DNA of 63,629 bases, filler included, from 4 parts of 4 records of this genome joined end to end with filler, not necessarily neighbours in it, one strand, 5' to 3'. Counted from the whole stretch's first letter, positions 10,228 to 20,582 are shown. Numbers and translations are program-made. Notes: a model not told the origin generated them from the letters alone.

Positions 10228-11265
10228 ATGTCTGAAAAAACACAAGAGAAAATGCCGGCTGAACGGCTCTTGCAACTGAACAATGTCGAGGTCTCCTTCA
10301 AGACCCGCGACGGACGTGTCACAGCCGTCAACGGTGTTGACTACCACGTTAACCGCGGTGAGGTTCTTGGCATTGTCGGTGAGAGTGGCTCAGGCAAGTC
10401 CGTGACCGTTCGCGCTATTATGCGGCTTCTGGCCAGGAATGCTGAGGAAGGCGACGGCACGATCCGTTTCAACCCGGACGGCGACGAGGAGTATTTCCTG
10501 AACGGGCTTTCCCGCGACAGCAGGCTGATGCGAAAGTTGCGTGGCGGACGTATTGGCATGGTGTTTCAGGAGCCGATGACGGCACTGTCGCCGGTGCATT
10601 CCATCGGTATGCAGATCATGCGGACAGTGATGCTTCACCGCAAGGTCAGCAAGGAAGAGGCGCGTGCGCGGGCGGTGAGCCTTCTGACACGTGTGCAATT
10701 GCCGCATCCCGAACGGATGCTGGACCGTTATCCGCATCAGCTTTCCGGCGGCATGCGTCAGCGCGCCATGATCGCTCTGGCACTTGCCTGTGATCCTTCG
10801 CTTCTGATTGCCGATGAGCCGACCACCGCTCTTGATGTAACCACCGAAGCGCAGATCCTGGAGCTTTTGAAGTCGCTTCAGGAAGAGCTTGGCATGGCCA
10901 TTATTTTCATCACACATAATTTTGGTGTGGTGGCGGATATCGCGGATCGGGTGGCTGTGATGTATCTGGGCCGTGTTGTTGAAACCGGCGATGTTGATGA
11001 CATTTTCTATAATCCGCAGCACCCCTATACACGCGCCCTGCTGCAATCGATACCGCGCCTTGGTCAACAGCGCCAGCGGCGGCTGAAGACGATCCGTGGT
11101 TCGGTGCCTGATCCCTACAATATACCGTCCGGCTGTGTGTTTCACACGCGGTGCGATTATGCCGATGGGCACCTCTGCTCGCAGAAGCCACCGCCACGCG
11201 TGGCGGTTGCCAACGGCCAGGAAGCACTCTGCCACTATGTTGGCAAACTGCCGGAGGTTCTGTGA
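10228..11265 (+). CDS. ABC ATP-binding protein, DppD-like
   Basis: [28 protein letters not shown] and C-terminal HPY/Cys domain. Confidence 0.95.
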   Translation: MSEKTQEKMPAERLLQLNNVEVSFKTRDGRVTAVNGVDYHVNRGEVLGIVGESGSGKSVTVRAIMRLLARNAEEGDGTIRFNPDGDEEYFLNGLSRDSRLMRKLRGGRIGMVFQEPMTALSPVHSIGMQIMRTVMLHRKVSKEEARARAVSLLTRVQLPHPERMLDRYPHQLSGGMRQRAMIALALACDPSLLIADEPTTALDVTTEAQILELLKSLQEELGMAIIFITHNFGVVADIADRVAVMYLGRVVETGDVDDIFYNPQHPYTRALLQSIPRLGQQRQRRLKTIRGSVPDPYNIPSGCVFHTRCDYADGHLCSQKPPPRVAVANGQEALCHYVGKLPEVL

Positions 11266-12308
11266 TGAGCATCGAGAAAACACCATCTCCGGCAATGCCG
11301 GACGATGTTCTGATTTCCGTCCGCGATCTGACGAAGCACTTCTTCGTCAAGGGCGGACACAAGGGCAAGGAACTGAAGGTTCTCCGTGCTGTTGAAGATG
11401 TGAGCTTTGACATCAAGAAGGGCGAAACATTCGGCCTTGTCGGTGAAAGCGGCTCGGGTAAATCAACGGTCGCACGGCTCATCATGCGTGCCTATGGCTT
11501 GACCAGCGGGCAGGTTCTGTTCCGTCAACTGAATGACAGCGTCACTGATATTTCGCATATGCGCGACAAGGAATTGAGACCGCTCCGCCGCGAAATGCAA
11601 ATGATCTTTCAAGATCCATACTCCTCGCTGAACCCCCGTATGACGCTTCTTGAGCTTATCGGAGAGCCGATGCTGGTGCACGGTTACTCAAAAGATGACA
11701 TTGCCAAACGTGTCGGAGAGCTTTTGTCCTGCGTTGGCCTTCGTCCGGAATATGCCGCGCGTTATCCGCATGCCTTTTCCGGCGGCCAGCGGCAGAGGAT
11801 CTGTATTGCCCGGGCGCTGGCGCTTTCACCGGCTTTTATTGCTGCTGATGAAGCGGTGTCTGCGCTTGATGTGTCGGTGGCCGCTCAAAATATTAATTTG
11901 CTGCAGGATCTCCAGGAACAGTTCAACCTGACCTATCTGTTCATTACGCATGATCTGGGCATGGTGGAGCATATCTCTGACCGGATAGCAGTGATGTATC
12001 TCGGCCGGATCGTTGAGATGGGTGATACCGATGCGATGTTTACGCAGCCGATGCACCCTTATACCGAGGCATTGCTGAATGCCGTGCCGCAGCCAGATCC
12101 GCGTAAGCGCACCAAGGAGAAGCGCGGCGCACTGAAAGGTGAGGTGCCCGATGCTTCCAATCCACCGTCCGGATGCGCCTTTCATCCCCGCTGCCCTTAT
12201 GCCACAGAGCTTTGTGCGGCCGAAGCGCCTGCGTTCCGCGAGATCGAAGGCCGCAAGGTGCGCTGTCACCATGCTGAAACGCTTACCCTTCAGGGGGTGG
12301 GGGCATGA
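11265..12308 (+). CDS. ABC ATP-binding protein, DppF-like
   Basis: GESGSGKS, FSGGQRQR, ADEAVSALD, NPPSGCAFHPRC. ATG overlaps the upstream TGA (TGATG). Confidence 0.95.
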   Translation: MSIEKTPSPAMPDDVLISVRDLTKHFFVKGGHKGKELKVLRAVEDVSFDIKKGETFGLVGESGSGKSTVARLIMRAYGLTSGQVLFRQLNDSVTDISHMRDKELRPLRREMQMIFQDPYSSLNPRMTLLELIGEPMLVHGYSKDDIAKRVGELLSCVGLRPEYAARYPHAFSGGQRQRICIARALALSPAFIAADEAVSALDVSVAAQNINLLQDLQEQFNLTYLFITHDLGMVEHISDRIAVMYLGRIVEMGDTDAMFTQPMHPYTEALLNAVPQPDPRKRTKEKRGALKGEVPDASNPPSGCAFHPRCPYATELCAAEAPAFREIEGRKVRCHHAETLTLQGVGA

Positions 12309-13573
12309 TGCTGCCAACGGTTGCCGATCCCGCACCGCCAGTGGCTGAAACGGCAGATGCTGATAGCGTGCTGGCACAAAAACACGCCCCGGTGCTGATG
12401 CTGGACAGACTGGAGCCAGCGCCGCCGCTTGCTATCGGCTTCAGCGTGATACGGAACGAGGGCCCGTCGCCATCCTCGAAGTTCATGATCAGGCCACCGT
12501 CCGGCGGACTGGTGATTGAATATGCCATCTGGCACGACTGGGACATCGAACATCTTTACGACCTTGAACATGTCTGGGTGCATCTGGATGCAGACGGCAC
12601 AGTGTTCCGCGTTGAAGGCTCCATGCATGGGGTGCGGGTGTCGATGGATGCTGGCAGCGGCCTGCCGGAGATGGACGGTGAACGCCCCGTTCTGTCTGTT
12701 GAACCGGGCAAGCACGCGCTCTGGGCGGTGGCCCGCATCATGCCGTTTATTGCGGGCACGATGATCGCGCAAAAATGCGGGGTCGATGCCGGCTCGCAGG
12801 GAATTCACCTCGGCAATCGCTTCGCCGAAGGCGGGGCCTATTCAGCCTCGACCGCCGATCACCGGCTGGCGCGACTGGCGATGAAGCGTGCAGCCTTCAG
12901 CCCCAGTTTTGATTTTGTTCGTCAGGATGAGCAACGCGCGCCGACGCTGGCTCCGTGGTCGCTACTGGAAGCGTGGATCCCAAAGCGGATGAATGCTCTG
13001 ATCGCAAATCTTGGGCAACAAGTCCCGCATCTGAAAGCTATTTTTCTAGATTGCGGCGACACGCTGATTGACGAGGCGACTGAAGAAAAAATCGAGGGCA
13101 CCGATATTGTCTCCAAAGCGTGCGAAATACCCTTCGCGATGGATGCCGTACGCGCCCTGCATGGCGCTGGCTACCGGCTTGCACTGGTGGCCGATGGCCC
13201 GCGTGAAACGTTTGAAAACCTGCTCAAGCCGCGCAACATATGGTCTTTGATGGATGCTCAGGTCATTTCCGGCGATGTTGGCGCATGCAAACCGTCGCAG
13301 ACGATGTTTGCTGCGGCAATGGAGGGGCTGGAACTTGGCGATGAGGCCCGTCAGCATGTCGTCATGGTTGGCAATAACCTCTCCCGCGACATCAAGGGCG
13401 CGAACGCTTTTGGGCTGATAAGCCTTTTTGTCGGCTGGTCGAAACGCCGCACCCACGAACCGGCAGATCAGAGCGAAGTGCCGGATTTCTCTATCGATAG
13501 ACTTGATCAGTTGGTTGCCACGATTGAAGCGATCGAGCTTGGCTTACCGGCAAAGGAGACCGCTTTTGGCTGA
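12305..13573 (+). CDS. Fusion of an unknown N-terminal domain and a C-terminal HAD-superfamily hydrolase
   Basis: C-half has FLDCGDTL, CKP and VGNNLSRDIKGA (HAD-like motifs); N-half has WHDWDIEHLYDLEHVWV. ATGA overlap with upstream gene. Confidence 0.75.
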   Translation: MMLPTVADPAPPVAETADADSVLAQKHAPVLMLDRLEPAPPLAIGFSVIRNEGPSPSSKFMIRPPSGGLVIEYAIWHDWDIEHLYDLEHVWVHLDADGTVFRVEGSMHGVRVSMDAGSGLPEMDGERPVLSVEPGKHALWAVARIMPFIAGTMIAQKCGVDAGSQGIHLGNRFAEGGAYSASTADHRLARLAMKRAAFSPSFDFVRQDEQRAPTLAPWSLLEAWIPKRMNALIANLGQQVPHLKAIFLDCGDTLIDEATEEKIEGTDIVSKACEIPFAMDAVRALHGAGYRLALVADGPRETFENLLKPRNIWSLMDAQVISGDVGACKPSQTMFAAAMEGLELGDEARQHVVMVGNNLSRDIKGANAFGLISLFVGWSKRRTHEPADQSEVPDFSIDRLDQLVATIEAIELGLPAKETAFG

Positions 13574-16061
13574 ACAGGCACGTTTCATCACCCGACCCGG
13601 CGAAACGGTGACGGCCTTTGCGCTAGGTCCACTTGAGCAACGGTATTATCCAGGGGCGGTGACACGCGGCAGGGACAATGTTGACTACAAGTTCATCAAC
13701 GGTTTTGTCGATGTTGGCGAACTGCCATGCCGCACAGCCTTGCGGGCTGACATTGCGAAGCGAACGGTGACGCTGAAGGACGACTTTGAAATCGTCTCAA
13801 CAAATCTTCCGGGTTTTAACCGCCGGCTGGAGTTTTCCGGATTCTGGCACAGGCCGACGCGACTTTCGCGCTGGGTCAAAACCCGGCTCGTTCCGTCTGC
13901 CGGGGGGACCAGTCCCTTCCGTCTTTCCACCTGCGGCGGTGTTCACATCTGGGTTGATGGCGAACTGATCACCGCGTTTGAGCCCTATACGCGCAACTCG
14001 GCGCAGGAGACCGAAATTACGCTGCCTCTGTCCGAAGACGGGTCTGATCTGGTGATGCTGGTTGAGGAGATGGCGGAGCGCGACACCAATTATTTCGTAG
14101 AACTCACCTGGTTGGGCACGCGACCGCTTGCAGCTCTCATTCCCGGCAGGTCCGACGGCAAAACGCTGGACACGCTGATGGACCTTGCCCGCGCTGTCCG
14201 GCCGGCAAAAGTTGCTTTTGAAAAGGACGACGCGCTGGAACTGGTGTTCGACAGGCCTGCCGCACCCGATGTGACGATCAAGGCCGCCGTTCACCAAAGT
14301 GTTCACATGAGCCATTTGCCGCCATTGTTTGAGGAAACGTTGACTTTGGCCGCCGGTTCGGCGCGCCTCGCTTTTGCTGGACTGGGCACCTTGCCGGATG
14401 GCTATCACACGCTTGAAATCACCTTTTCGATTGGTGAGAGCCGGATCAGGCGCGAGATCGGTTTTGCGCTGTTGCGCCAAACAACTCCGCTTGAGCTTGA
14501 GGGCGACCTTGCCGCGCGCAAAAAGTCGGGGCTTGCCTATCTGGCAGAACATGGTGAACAACGTATGGGACGCGTGTTGGCGCGCCTTGCCGCAGATTTA
14601 CCCCTGGGTGAACCTGAATTTGCAGCGCTTGAAGACACGCTTTCCGGTATCAACAGTCGCCGCGATTGCTCGGATTTCGTCATGGTGCCACTGCTTTGGG
14701 TTTGCGGAGCCTATGGCGATAAACTGCCGGAAACCTTTCGTGCGCGCATCAAAGAAGCCGTGCTCAACTACCGCTATTGGATGGATGAGCCCGGCAATGA
14801 CGCCATGTGGTTCTGGAGCGAGAACCATGTACTCTGCTTTCATGTCAGCGAGCTGATCGCGGGGCGCCTGTTCCCGGACGCCGTATTTCCGAATGCTGGC
14901 CTGACCGGGCATGAACACGAAGCCCTCGCGGAAAAACGCCTTGGCCGCTGGTTTGATGCAATTGAAGAAGACGGGCTGGCTGAATGGAATTCGGCGGCCT
15001 ATTACCCGATTGACTTTATCGGCCTTCTCGCATTGCAGCGCTTTGCAGGTGAAGGTCTCAAACAGCGCGCCGAAGGTATCCTCGACAGCCTTTTCACGAT
15101 GATAGCGCTGCATACGATCAACGGTGTTTCTGCCGGTACGATGGGCCGCGCCTATGACAAGGAATTGCGGGCCGGGCCGCTGAGCGAACTTGCGCCGTTC
15201 GCAACGATTGCCTTTGGAACAGGATGGCTGAACCGTGGCGTTGCCGCCCTGCCGATGTTTTGCGCTGGCGATTATATCTCGCCACAGGGGCTTGAAAGCC
15301 TTGTCGTTCCACCCGCCGGTGAAGCCATTGAAGCCCGCTATGTTCAAGGGTTTGGACAGGCCACCCGGCTTGCGCTTTATAAAACCGCGACGATGCAGCT
15401 CTCCGCCAGCATTGATGCGATGCCAGGTAAAAGGGGGCACCAGCAACACCTGGTGGATGTGCAGGCAGCCGGTCACCCGATGGCGCGTTTCTGGGTCAAT
15501 CACCCGGGCGCTGATGATCCATGGGGCTCAGACCGGCCCTCCTACTGGGCTGGAAACGGCATCATGCCGCGGGTTGGTTTTCATGAAAATTGCTGTCTCA
15601 TCCTGAGCGATCTGGGAGACGATCCGCGTTTGCCCTTTACCCATGCCTACGCTCCGTTTGACGCCTTTGACGAACATATTCTTGGACCCGACTGGCTGGT
15701 TCTGCGCTCGGGTGGCGGTTTTGTGATGGCAAAAGCCACCGGCCCCCTTGTTGCGGTCAAAGAGGGTCCGGGAGCGGGTATCGAATGCCGCGTCGAAAAA
15801 AAGCGCAGCGGCTGGGCCATTGTTGTAGGTGATCTTCCGCAGGGAGGGTTGAGCGGAATCGTCAAAATGGCCGGGGCAGGCGACCTCGCCTTATGCGATG
15901 AGCCGTTCGGTCTTCGCTTTGAGCGGCCCGGAAAACCATCGCTTTTCCTGGATTATGAGAGAGGGCTTTTTGTCGATAACCAACATTGCCCCTTTCCAAC
16001 GGATTCACAACATCCTGACATCGCCAGGCGTGAAGCCGCGACTGTCCCGACAAGACTGTAA
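13566..16061 (+). CDS. Large hypothetical protein (~831 aa), possible unclassified carbohydrate-active enzyme
   Basis: TTG start after AAGGAG, overlapping the HAD gene end; long coding-like ORF; motifs RRDCSDF, YWMDEPGNDAMWFWSENH, EWNSAAYYPID. Confidence 0.75.
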   Translation: MAEQARFITRPGETVTAFALGPLEQRYYPGAVTRGRDNVDYKFINGFVDVGELPCRTALRADIAKRTVTLKDDFEIVSTNLPGFNRRLEFSGFWHRPTRLSRWVKTRLVPSAGGTSPFRLSTCGGVHIWVDGELITAFEPYTRNSAQETEITLPLSEDGSDLVMLVEEMAERDTNYFVELTWLGTRPLAALIPGRSDGKTLDTLMDLARAVRPAKVAFEKDDALELVFDRPAAPDVTIKAAVHQSVHMSHLPPLFEETLTLAAGSARLAFAGLGTLPDGYHTLEITFSIGESRIRREIGFALLRQTTPLELEGDLAARKKSGLAYLAEHGEQRMGRVLARLAADLPLGEPEFAALEDTLSGINSRRDCSDFVMVPLLWVCGAYGDKLPETFRARIKEAVLNYRYWMDEPGNDAMWFWSENHVLCFHVSELIAGRLFPDAVFPNAGLTGHEHEALAEKRLGRWFDAIEEDGLAEWNSAAYYPIDFIGLLALQRFAGEGLKQRAEGILDSLFTMIALHTINGVSAGTMGRAYDKELRAGPLSELAPFATIAFGTGWLNRGVAALPMFCAGDYISPQGLESLVVPPAGEAIEARYVQGFGQATRLALYKTATMQLSASIDAMPGKRGHQQHLVDVQAAGHPMARFWVNHPGADDPWGSDRPSYWAGNGIMPRVGFHENCCLILSDLGDDPRLPFTHAYAPFDAFDEHILGPDWLVLRSGGGFVMAKATGPLVAVKEGPGAGIECRVEKKRSGWAIVVGDLPQGGLSGIVKMAGAGDLALCDEPFGLRFERPGKPSLFLDYERGLFVDNQHCPFPTDSQHPDIARREAATVPTRL

Positions 16062-16074
16062 AGACGAGAACACC

Positions 16075-17163
16075 ATGCAACAGACACGACAGGAACTTTT
16101 AAGCCACCTTACCAATGTAGCGACAGGTCTGGCGCAGCTTAAAAATATTTATGAAACCGCACCGGTTGAGGGCGGGGCCTTCTCCCTGCAGTTTGATGAA
16201 TGGGACTGGGAAATCGGTGTCGGTGTCTACGGCCTTTATCGCCATGCCCGCCAGACCGATGACAAGGCTCTGATCAAGGCTCTGGCTGACTGGTATGAAT
16301 GGCAGATCGGGCGGGGTCTGCCGCCGCGCCAGGTCAATTCATCATCGCCCATGCTGGCGCTTTCGCTTCTGATTGACGATGTCGATAAGCCGGAATGGGA
16401 AGAACTGGTGAAAGACTGGGCCGACTGGCTGATGACAAAGCTTGCCCGCACGCAAGACAACGGCTTTCAGCATGTCGTCAAGGAACGCATGAATGATGGC
16501 GAATTGTGGGATGATACGTTGTTCATGACCTGCCTTTTTCTGGCGCAGGCAGGCAAGCGGTTCGACCGTCCCGACTGGGTGGAAGAGGCTGTCTACCAGT
16601 TCATGCTTCACGCCCGTTATCTTTCAGATCCGAAAACGGGGCTCTGGTATCATGGCTGGACATTCAATGGCCGCCATAATTTTGCAAACGCGTTTTGGGC
16701 GCGCGGCAATTCATGGATCACCATAGCCATTCCCGAACTGTTTTCAATCGTCGGCGATCTGCCCCTTTCCACCCATCGCTATCTTTCCAACGTGCTTCTG
16801 GCGCAGGTCACAGCGCTTGAAAAGCTGCAGGATGATGATGGCTTCTTCCGCACATTGCTGGATCATCCGGAAGCGCAAATCGAAGCTTCGGCAACGGCGG
16901 GCATTGCTTATGGCATCCGTCGCGGGATCACACTTGGCATCTTGCCGGAACGCTTCGCCCGCGTGGCTGGCCAGGCTTTTTCCGCCGTTTTAACCTGTAT
17001 TGGCGATGACGGCATTGTCACCCATGTTTCCGATGGAACGCCGATGGGGCATACGCTTGATTTCTATCTTGAAATTCCCGACATTCCGGCTCCATACGGG
17101 CAGGCTCTGACCATGCTGATGCTGGTTGACGCGCTCGCCGAAACGCCTTCGGCGAGCAGGTAA
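16075..17163 (+). CDS. Unsaturated uronyl hydrolase, GH105/GH88 (YteR-like)
   Basis: WDWEIGV, LWDDTLFM, GLWYHGW, FWARGNSW, EASATAG and PYGQA motifs. Confidence 0.88.
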   Translation: MQQTRQELLSHLTNVATGLAQLKNIYETAPVEGGAFSLQFDEWDWEIGVGVYGLYRHARQTDDKALIKALADWYEWQIGRGLPPRQVNSSSPMLALSLLIDDVDKPEWEELVKDWADWLMTKLARTQDNGFQHVVKERMNDGELWDDTLFMTCLFLAQAGKRFDRPDWVEEAVYQFMLHARYLSDPKTGLWYHGWTFNGRHNFANAFWARGNSWITIAIPELFSIVGDLPLSTHRYLSNVLLAQVTALEKLQDDDGFFRTLLDHPEAQIEASATAGIAYGIRRGITLGILPERFARVAGQAFSAVLTCIGDDGIVTHVSDGTPMGHTLDFYLEIPDIPAPYGQALTMLMLVDALAETPSASR

Positions 17164-17196
17164 ATGTCGCATTGCGACCGCCGGGCCTGAACCGCT

Positions 17197-18306
17197 TTAA
17201 AACTGCGGATCGTAGTTGAAATAGATCGGGTTGGAGAGCGCGATCTTGTTTTCTGATTGTGCCATGGCGTTGGGAATGTCGGGATAGACTGCCTGCGGGC
17301 CTTCAATCTCCACGCGGTAATAGCTTCGCTCATCCGCGGCCGGGGCATCCCTGAAGTGCGCGGTTCTGGTTTGGGGATCGGTGATGATCGTTGAAAATTC
17401 AGCCCGGTTCTTGATGATCCGCACGGTGTAGCTGGCACCGGGAATGCCACCGTCTGAAAGCCGGACTGTAAAGTGCACGGATTGGCCGGTGGCTTTCGCG
17501 TTATCGCCCATCATCAGTTCCATCTTATCGTCGCCGTCAGCGTCGGCGACAAGTTCGACCCGCGGATTGAATGGACTGGCGCTGACAGAGGCGCGGCCGC
17601 CGACCAGAGCCTCGAGTATTGCCGGCTTTGAGTATGCTCTGGCAAAAATCCACGTCGTCGGGGTGCCGACATAGTTCGCGGTTGCTTCGGGAGTGTGTGG
17701 CGTTGTCAACTCCGGCCGGTCGGGCACACCATGATGCGCATCTGAACCGCCTCGCGCACCAAGCATGCGACCGGAGAGCAGCATATCGTCCCAAATGCGC
17801 ACATTTGCCGTGTTTTTCGCCCAGGCACTTGTGTTCCATATTTCGATGGAATCGGCCAGATCAAAGGAAAACCCGTAGTGATTGCGCGTGTTTGGGTGAT
17901 TGGCCGACCAATGAACACCAAGCTTCTGTTTCAGGGCCAGAAGGTTCCAGTCGCGGTCATTGCGATGATCGAAGACCTGCTGATGATCATAGGGTTCGCA
18001 GCTCAGGATGTTGACGTGTCCGCGCGGGGCCGTCAGTTCGGCACCGTAAAACAACAGCAATTTATCGGACCTGTAGGCGAGATCGGCCCAGGTGTGTCCG
18101 GCAACGTCTCCTGAAACATGAACGTCATGGTCGGTCACGACGAGATAGTCAAACCCGAGCCGCTCCGCGAAACCAATGATTTTTTCGACCGGATTGTTGG
18201 TCGAATCATGGCTGTGGCGGGAATGAAGGTGCCAGTCGCCCTTCAGCCATATACCGTTTTCAAAATCCTCAGGTTTCCGCAGTTTTTCAGGTATTCTAGG
18301 GATCAT
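17197..18306 (-). CDS. PHP-domain metallohydrolase (CehA/McbA-like)
   Basis: GDWHLHSRHSHD, VTDHD, NHP, IEIWN, GGSDAH and SNPIY motifs. Confidence 0.85.
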   Translation of the reverse strand: MIPRIPEKLRKPEDFENGIWLKGDWHLHSRHSHDSTNNPVEKIIGFAERLGFDYLVVTDHDVHVSGDVAGHTWADLAYRSDKLLLFYGAELTAPRGHVNILSCEPYDHQQVFDHRNDRDWNLLALKQKLGVHWSANHPNTRNHYGFSFDLADSIEIWNTSAWAKNTANVRIWDDMLLSGRMLGARGGSDAHHGVPDRPELTTPHTPEATANYVGTPTTWIFARAYSKPAILEALVGGRASVSASPFNPRVELVADADGDDKMELMMGDNAKATGQSVHFTVRLSDGGIPGASYTVRIIKNRAEFSTIITDPQTRTAHFRDAPAADERSYYRVEIEGPQAVYPDIPNAMAQSENKIALSNPIYFNYDPQF

Positions 18307-18633
18307 ATGCCTTCATCTTTTCAATATCGAAAGGATCACGTGCCTTACCGTGGCGTCAGCTTGGGCGGTTGCCTTGCCTTCTGGACGATGCCGGAAACGG
18401 ATCGGTGTGCCGACGCGCACAGGCTTATAGGGAGTATCGCGTATTATGACGTGTCCTGTTCTTCGATCCGCTATCGTGATGGAAGTCATACACATGTTAG
18501 CCGGGGTTTTGAGTTGAAACTAGTCCCAACCGACGCGTTGAAGCTGTCCCGTTCGAGATGACGGCGACCATATTCCCGCGTTGGTGTAGTCGAAAGCCCG
18601 AACCCGGAGAACCGCGAGACTTGCCGCAAACGT

Positions 18634-19115
18634 CTCCTATGGGTCGACATTCCCGAAGCCGGAAAACGGATGGACAGCTATCCGCACGAATTGTCGGGCG
18701 GTATGCGCCAACGTGTGATGATCGCCATGGCGATGATCTGCAAGCCTTCGCTTCTGATTGCCGATGAGAGCCGACCACAGCCCTCGACGTTACCATTCAG
18801 GCATAGATCCTCGACCTGATGCGGCAATTGCAGAAGGATCTCGGCATGTCGATCCTGTTTATCACCCACGACATGGGTGTGGTGGTAGAAATGGCGGATG
18901 ATGTTGCGGTGATGTATGCGGGCGGTGTGGTTGAGCAGGCGAGTGTGGATGCGCTCTTCAAGGATACCCGCCATCCTTATACGCAGGGGCTTCTCAACTC
19001 GATACCGGGCCCGTGGCGTAAGCGCGGTGAGCGGCTGATCCCGATCCCGGGCTCAGTGCCGCCGCTCACCGATCTGCCGGAGGGATGTGCGTTCGCCCCC
19101 CGTTGCAAATGCCCT
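18634..19115 (+). pseudogene. Remnant of a DppD-like ABC ATPase
   Basis: Reads [19 protein letters not shown]...LLIADE, then a 2-nt insertion (GATGAGAG, 18763-18770), then [11 protein letters not shown] with in-frame TAG at 18804-18806, then [10 protein letters not shown]...HPYTQGL...CAFAPRC. Walker A half is missing; boundaries approximate. Confidence 0.88.
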
Positions 19116-19497
19116 CAGAGAGGAAATCATGCGCGGCTCATGGAAAGATATCGACGCAGAAGAGGCCCTCGCATCAAGCCGGAACGGCGGAACCGACGGT
19201 TATCTGCACTGGCTTTCGTGAAATTCCGGATGAAATGGCTTTTTTTGTTTTGATGATCTTGTCGCCGGCCTGTGACGTTGTTGTCTGAGTGATCGGGGGG
19301 ATATCGAAATGGCAAGAAGCAGCGGCAGAAACTCTTTGGATGCCGAAGGTGCGAGCTGCGGCAGGAAAGCACTGACGGCAGCAGCCTGCTAAGGCTTCTC
19401 TTCCCATGGAAGCAGGATGAACAGCATAGCGGGTAGTGGTTTTGTTCCTTTGCTGTGCACAAAGTCGGGCGACGAGGTAAAATTCAGATTTGGGCGG

Positions 19498-20514
19498 TCA
19501 GAAACTTGATCTTGCGATCAGTTCAGGCGCGACCAGTTCGTGACAGGCCTCCGTGCGACCGTTGATACGGGCCAGAAGCTGATCGGCAGCGCGCTTGCCG
19601 AGGACGCCGGGGTTCTGGTCAATGCTGGCAAGGCCAATCAGCGGCAGACCCGCAGTTGTGGCGTTGTCAAAACTGACAATGCCAAGATCGCCGGGAATGT
19701 TCAGTCCCTTCATGCGTGCCAGGTTGATAAGTGGAACACCGTGGATATCACTCCAGCAGAAGAACGCTTCCGGCATATCTGCATCGTCCAGAACGGCAAG
19801 CAACTGCTGTTCCATGTCGTCCGGGCGTTCACTGATACGGATGATTTTCGAATGTGCCTCAAGCCCTGCAGCCTTCATGGCGGTGCGATAGCCTATCTCC
19901 CGTTCGTACCAGACCTCGCCATCGCGTCGTTTGCTGTATTTCAGAGACAGCATGGAGATGTTTCGATAGCCTTTTTCGTACAGGGACAGGGTGGCAAGCT
20001 TGGCTCCCTCAACATCATCAATATTGGCTGTGTCAAAGGTCGTGGCGGTGTTTTCGTGGTGGCCGATCACTGAAATCGGAATTTGGGCAGCATAATGATT
20101 AAGAGTTTCGCCGCCAATCCGTGGCGCGATCAGCAGAAGCCCGTCAATGCGCATGTCGATCATCGATTCAATAAGGGCGCTTTCCACATGGGTCCGGGCC
20201 TCGCCGACGCCGATGAGCGTGTTGTAGCCCGCCATTGCCATCGCCTGCTTGAAGCTGCTGAGAAGCGGCGGAAGAAATGGATTTTCCATGCCGACAAGCA
20301 GGACGCCAATCGTAAATGTCCGCCCGCGCATTCCGCGCGCAGCGGTACTCGGACGATAGCCGAGCTTGTCGATTGAGGTCATCACCTTCTGCCTGAGTGC
20401 ATCGCTGACGCCGTATGCATTGCGCAAAACCTTTGAAACGGCGGCAACCGAAACCCCGGCATCGGTCGCAACAGTGCGGATCGTAACGCGATTGGCGCGG
20501 ACGGGCTTGTCCAT
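19498..20514 (-). CDS. LacI-family transcriptional regulator
   Basis: TIRTVATDAGVSVAAVSKVL HTH, LGYRPS hinge, IPGDLGIVSFD. Divergent from the GH78 operon. Confidence 0.95.
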   Translation of the reverse strand: MDKPVRANRVTIRTVATDAGVSVAAVSKVLRNAYGVSDALRQKVMTSIDKLGYRPSTAARGMRGRTFTIGVLLVGMENPFLPPLLSSFKQAMAMAGYNTLIGVGEARTHVESALIESMIDMRIDGLLLIAPRIGGETLNHYAAQIPISVIGHHENTATTFDTANIDDVEGAKLATLSLYEKGYRNISMLSLKYSKRRDGEVWYEREIGYRTAMKAAGLEAHSKIIRISERPDDMEQQLLAVLDDADMPEAFFCWSDIHGVPLINLARMKGLNIPGDLGIVSFDNATTAGLPLIGLASIDQNPGVLGKRAADQLLARINGRTEACHELVAPELIARSSF

Positions 20515-20582
20515 AAATATCCTTCCAAAATCAGCTTTCTGGCAAAAATAGACCAGTTTGCTCTTGCAAAGCAAATTATTTT

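Noticed and set aside
19127-19462. Short ORFs between the ABC remnant and the second lacI
   Set aside because: No motifs or convincing RBS; probably decayed sequence.
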